From the human T2T-CHM13v2.0 reference genome, Homo sapiens, in contig CP086569.2 of NCBI GenBank assembly GCA_009914755.4, positions 5,184,001 through 5,248,000 on the forward strand: a DNA stretch of 64,000 bases, given 5' to 3'. The position numbers were made by a program, and so were the translations under genes. Position 1 is the stretch's first letter, and every line of letters starts with the position of its first letter. Below are positions 58,801 through 64,000 of this stretch, piece after piece. The notes below the pieces were generated by a model. The model saw only the letters and a program-made list of their open reading frames with translations. It was not told the DNA's origin and searched no databases.

Positions 58801-61800
58801 GAAATTGTAATAAACTATTAAACTGAATATTTTTTATTTGTCACCACACTATTCCCAGATGGTTGATCATTCTCATGAACAGTGGAAGACCAAGAAACAT
58901 CAAGCAACAGAAACTGAATTTCTGATCAACCTATTAATTCAAAATTTAGTCCCTGATATGAGTGTAAAAATTCTTTTAAAGTTAAAGTGAACATTTATAA
59001 TAATATACAAAAATACCCCATTTTAAAGATGTGGAAATTGAGGCTGGAGAAGGATAGATTATTTGCACAAATTTCACAAAAAATAATGATAGAGCATGGG
59101 TTAAAACACACAGTATCGTGATTATATTTGAATCATACATGAGAGCTCAAATTACATCACACTTTGCCCATTCTGCCAGAAAATATTCTGGAGGTCATTA
59201 TCATGCAGTAGTTAAGCCCACAAAAAGCTCTAGAGTCAGCAACTCTTTGTTAGAATCTCAGCTCTGTCACTTACCTTTCTATCTCAACTTCAGTTTCCCC
59301 ATTGATTTAACAGGAATGAAAATAGTATTTATGTCAGAGAGTTGTTGAAAAGATAAAATGCATACAAAAAGAGACCCCCTGGCACATGGTAGGTGTAACA
59401 GATACTAATGTATCGTAGTGTTTCTCTTAAAATTTTGGAACAGTATAATTGTATAATTTAAAAAATCAATATTGCATATATTGAATAAATAATAACTTTA
59501 TTATAGAGTTCATGAAATGGTAAAGATAAAGTCAATTACATTGTATCCATCTCAGATAATTGGGAAAATTTTCCTCACACAAATATACACTCAAGAAATA
59601 CACACCAAGAATACAACCTCAGATATCAGATATTAGAGCTAAATTTTGTTCACAATGCTAGGCTAAGAAATCTTTGGTTAGAAGGTTATGGAACATCAAG
59701 ATTTTATTGGTAAGCACATAACCCCATTTAATTCCAGTAGACGCTCTTTTAACAGTCACAGTCAGAATCAGAGGTAAGATGGTTCATCAAAGCAATCAGA
59801 TGAACAGGTAAATCATTAAGAAATGCATACATATCTCATATATGTTACATATATATGATAAATAAATACTTGAAACAAAGAAGTGTACATTTATCTTTCA
59901 TAATTTGATGTAGAATCTTTGCCTTGCCTTTGGATGTATGTTCACTGATTTTAGCACAATGCACCATATTTATTACATACACTCTACCAATATTACATAA
60001 TATGTAGTGTCCGGTTTTTGTTCCCATAAAATGGAGTGTGTTTTTAAATGCTCTTGAAAAGTGTTCTGAGTATGGAATGCTTCTAGAGTTTTATGATACT
60101 TTTTCTGAATCTTCTGTAGTTCTCTTGCTCAGACAGTACTCTATGACAAGTCATTGCAGCATTTTGCCCTTTGTAATCTTTCTGAAAAGTTCAATTTCAT
60201 CTTCTTTGAAGCAATTATTTTTATATTAACATTTCATTGGGTTATATGAGATTTTAATTAAATTAAATGGTTGCAATAGCAAATGCAGCTCATGTAAATG
60301 TATTTTAAAACAATATCTGACTTTTCTTAAGCATAAACTCGCTTTGGCTCAGAAGTCAGTGGGTATACTGTAAAGTGGCATCCTAGCTGAGGTGAGGACA
60401 TAAAGCTTGTTGACTTCATCAAGTCAATGTTTTATTCACTGTGGGAATAATGAGCTTTATTTAATCAAATGAGTTGGTTAAGTAGAGGCCTGTCAAAAAA
60501 GTTTCCAATTTATTAATATTGATGCATTTGCTATATCAGAGTAGGACATCCAATTGTGGAAGATTTCACAACTTACCATTGTATTTACAAATCTAAACTT
60601 AATTTTTGATCATTCTAATATCTCAAGAAGTTTGTTTGCAGTTTGCCCATACCTTCACAGTAACCCGACTGCTACACGACAGCAACTCTAGCCTTTAATC
60701 AAAAGTATGAATTTTTGAATGAAACAAGTACATTTGCATAATTTTTTAAATAGTTAAAATCAGTGTACCTCAAACTTTCATGTGCAGATCCATCATATAA
60801 CATATAAATCTTATGTATGTTTTACCAAAATTAAAAAGGCAAAAAAGAAATATTAATGCTATGTCCTACTAATATCATTATTTTCCCTGGGAGTGTAGCC
60901 TGGAAATAATATTTTTGTAAAATTATCCATTTGATCTATGTGTATGCAAATTTTAAAAACCACTGATTTAAATGGAAAACCTTAAAATGTGTTTCAATCA
61001 TTCACCACTTGAGTTCCAGTGAGAACAAAAGTAAAGTTTTATCTTTGAGTCTACCGATTATTTCCGTTACAGGGTAAGAAAATGTGTTTGCTAAGTAGGC
61101 ATATTCTCAAGACTTCGTTAGGCTGAATGTAACATAAAAAAGACTTCATGATAAGAAAAGCAATGAAACCTGATTAATACAGATTGACTTAGCGAGGAGC
61201 CACAAACTTCTGGCATTCTAATTTGTTTGTAGTTGACTACTTAACAGTATTCGATGATCGGAGAATACTTTAGTAGACAGACAGAAATGAAAATTTTCCT
61301 TTAATTACATCAAATTCTCCCTAGACTAAATTCTGTGTTTTGTTTAACAATCAAAATGTAGGAAACAGGAGGGTGACTGGTAATGATTCAAATGGGTATT
61401 AAAGTTTCATCTACTATACATCATCATATATTTATTAATCTGAGGTTATTCATGGAACTGATATGAAAACTGAAGGACTGTGAAGTTATATTTTAGTTCA
61501 CATAAATGTGTGAATTCTATTGTATATTAATATTATCTGTATTTGGATATGGATAGACAAATTATGTAGATAGAGAGAGAGATGTACCCATATTATATCC
61601 AGACTAAATGCCTTCTGAGAATATTTATTCATGTAGAAATTCATTTATCAAAACCAAATATTTATCAAAAGAAAGAATATATTCATCCGAACCATACGAT
61701 TTTGATTCAAATATTAACAGCTTTATAAACTCAAGCAAGTAACTACTAATTTCTGAGCTCACTAACATCTACAGCAAAAACTTTCTATAAGAATGAAAAT

Positions 61801-61889
61801 AATTTTGAACTCTCTGTAAGAAAGATGAGCCCATCCTGATAGCATAAGTATTAAAATGATATTTGAGCACTGTACTGCAAAGCTGCTAA

Positions 61890-62279
<390 letters not shown>

Positions 62280-63639
62280 AAGTTTATATATTATATAATA
62301 TTAAATATGATCTAATATAGCACTTGGAGTATTTGGGTCTTTCTTCTTTTACTTCTGTATTATTGTTTTTGTTATTTTATTCTGCCCCTCTTTGTCTTCC
62401 TTCTTTTACCCGCATATTTTAGTTTTTGTTATTTTCTCCTACCCCTCTTTTACAAGTTACCTTGCATTCTTAGTGAATGACTTATGTGGAATTATAATTA
62501 TGTTGCCTTTTTATGGATATGTCAATATTTATAACAGTGTTTGAAGTAGACAAATACTTCTCCACTTCTCCTAAATCTGTCTTATAAATGTAACCGGTAA
62601 TGACACAATCTATGCAGTATTAAATATTAATTTGGGATTATATATTAATGATAGAGAACAAATGAATTCCTTTATTGCTAAGTCAATGCAAACTAGTGAA
62701 GTGGCTTATTTTGGTGAATTACACTATGATAAACATTTTTTTGGACCACCATATCACATATCACACAGGACAACCATATAGAAACTCATAGCAAATATTG
62801 TAGTCGTGAGTATCTGTTCTAAATTTCATCCGAATTAATATTATTTTATGAAACTATAGGAAGATGAATTCCTGTATACTGACTTTACAAACTACATTAA
62901 GTCTGTGGAAGTTGCATACCAAGTAAGCAATGTAATGGTAGAGATGTGAAAATTCTGTCAGTTGTCTTTCTAATCAGTAGTCAAATTTTGACACAAGAAA
63001 TGCTATCAAATTCAAAAGGCATATTCATGGAATCCTCTCCAACTATTTAGTTAACAGAATGAGATTATGTTTTTTTTTTTCTTTTTATGGTACGACATAC
63101 AGTGCTGTGTTTTACTTTTCTCTATTGTCTAATAAATTATTTTTAAATAATTTTTTCTGCTGAGACAGTGTATGATCTACATGTCTTCTGAAAACCAAAG
63201 AAGGTATTTCTTTGATTTGAAATAGCGTTTAAAATACCTACATTCTTAAAAGTCAGAGCTTGTAAAGTGATTGCAGGCATTTGCGAATCAGGTGAAATTT
63301 GTGTGGTCTTTTGACTCTTGCTATATTAATAATATTTTCAATGAAAACTGTACCTACTTGCTTTGTGTGCATATAAATTGAATATATTGTAAAATTTAAA
63401 ATAACAGTAATAGTTCCGGTGGGCTGATGTTCCATAATCTGTATCTGTACTTGTATAAAGATAATTAGTTTGAATCAATCACTTATAGAAAAATGTCACC
63501 TCACCTGCCCATTTTAAAAAGTGGCTCACAGAAGTGAAATTAGTTACACAGCATACTAATTACAGAATGAAAAGACTGCTCAAAAATGCTAAATACAGGC
63601 CTGTAAATTAGCATATCTTCATACAGATATAAATTAAAC

Positions 63640-63790
63640 ATATAATAAAATTATATGTATTATAATTATATATAATTATATGTGTAGTGTATATATACAT
63701 ATTTATATATAATCAGTATATATAGATATTATATATCTATATGTAAAATATATATGTATCTAAATATGTATCTATCTAAATACATATATA
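63640..63790. repeat. AT-rich low-complexity region built from degenerate (TA)n/(TATG)-like repeats.
   Basis: atataataaaattatatgtattataattatatataattatatgtgtagtgtatatatacatatttatatataat...atatatgtatctaaatatgtatctatctaaatacatatatatacac. Confidence 0.7.
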
Positions 63791-64000
63791 TACACAAACA
63801 TATAAAATAAGTGCTAAGTCGGGTCTGGGACAATGTCATTTATTCAGCACAGTGTTCTTGGTACATAGCAAGACCTGAAACATACTAAATAATCAATAAT
63901 ATGTTTGGTTCAACAAGTGTCAGAAATGCTTTATTTTGGTGATGTTTTAGATTTGGAAATTTTACACAAACAGGCATAGTTAGCAAAAATATTTTTTCTT

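Overview
This window is not prokaryotic. It is primate, almost certainly human, nuclear DNA from a gene-poor, visibly AT-rich region made up largely of interspersed repeats. I see no credible protein-coding gene, no rRNA or tRNA gene, no CRISPR array, and no CpG-island-like promoter. I also do not see a novel 'biological system', and I would rather say so than invent one.

Most ORFs in the supplied six-frame track are artefacts of one of four things. Some are translated Alu sequence (the recurring '...[29 protein letters not shown]...' peptides). Others are translation of a 694-bp polypurine tract (poly-Pro, poly-Ser, poly-Gly/Glu/Arg 'proteins' at 20644-21474). Others are decayed LINE-1 ORF1/ORF2 fragments. 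The rest are chance ORFs inside non-coding THE1/MaLR internal sequence.

What I can recognise directly from sequence:
- At least 13 Alu elements or fragments, several with clear target-site duplications. One (58488-58800) is an AluYb8-type element carrying the diagnostic GCAGTCC 7-bp duplication.
- At least eight LINE-1 segments, including nested arrangements: an Alu inside an L1, a THE1 inside an L1, and an internally deleted L1 abutting an older L1 3' end.
- Two full-length THE1-class MaLR retrotransposons (LTR-internal-LTR, about 2.3 kb each) in direct orientation about 3.7 kb apart.
- Microsatellites: (TCTA)n, (TTTC)n, (TTTG)n, and compound (TG)n(TA)n / (CT)n(GT)n.
- One extraordinary 694-bp almost pure polypurine·polypyrimidine GGA/GAA-rich tract (20705-21398).
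- A perfect 39-bp-arm inverted repeat (5778-5864) next to an Alu that itself landed in a second, smaller palindrome.

The items worth a second look are structural and population-genetic rather than coding. They are the H-DNA/G-quadruplex-prone purine tract, the probably polymorphic young AluYb8, the perfect palindrome, the long tetranucleotide STRs, and the paired THE1 elements as substrates for ectopic recombination.
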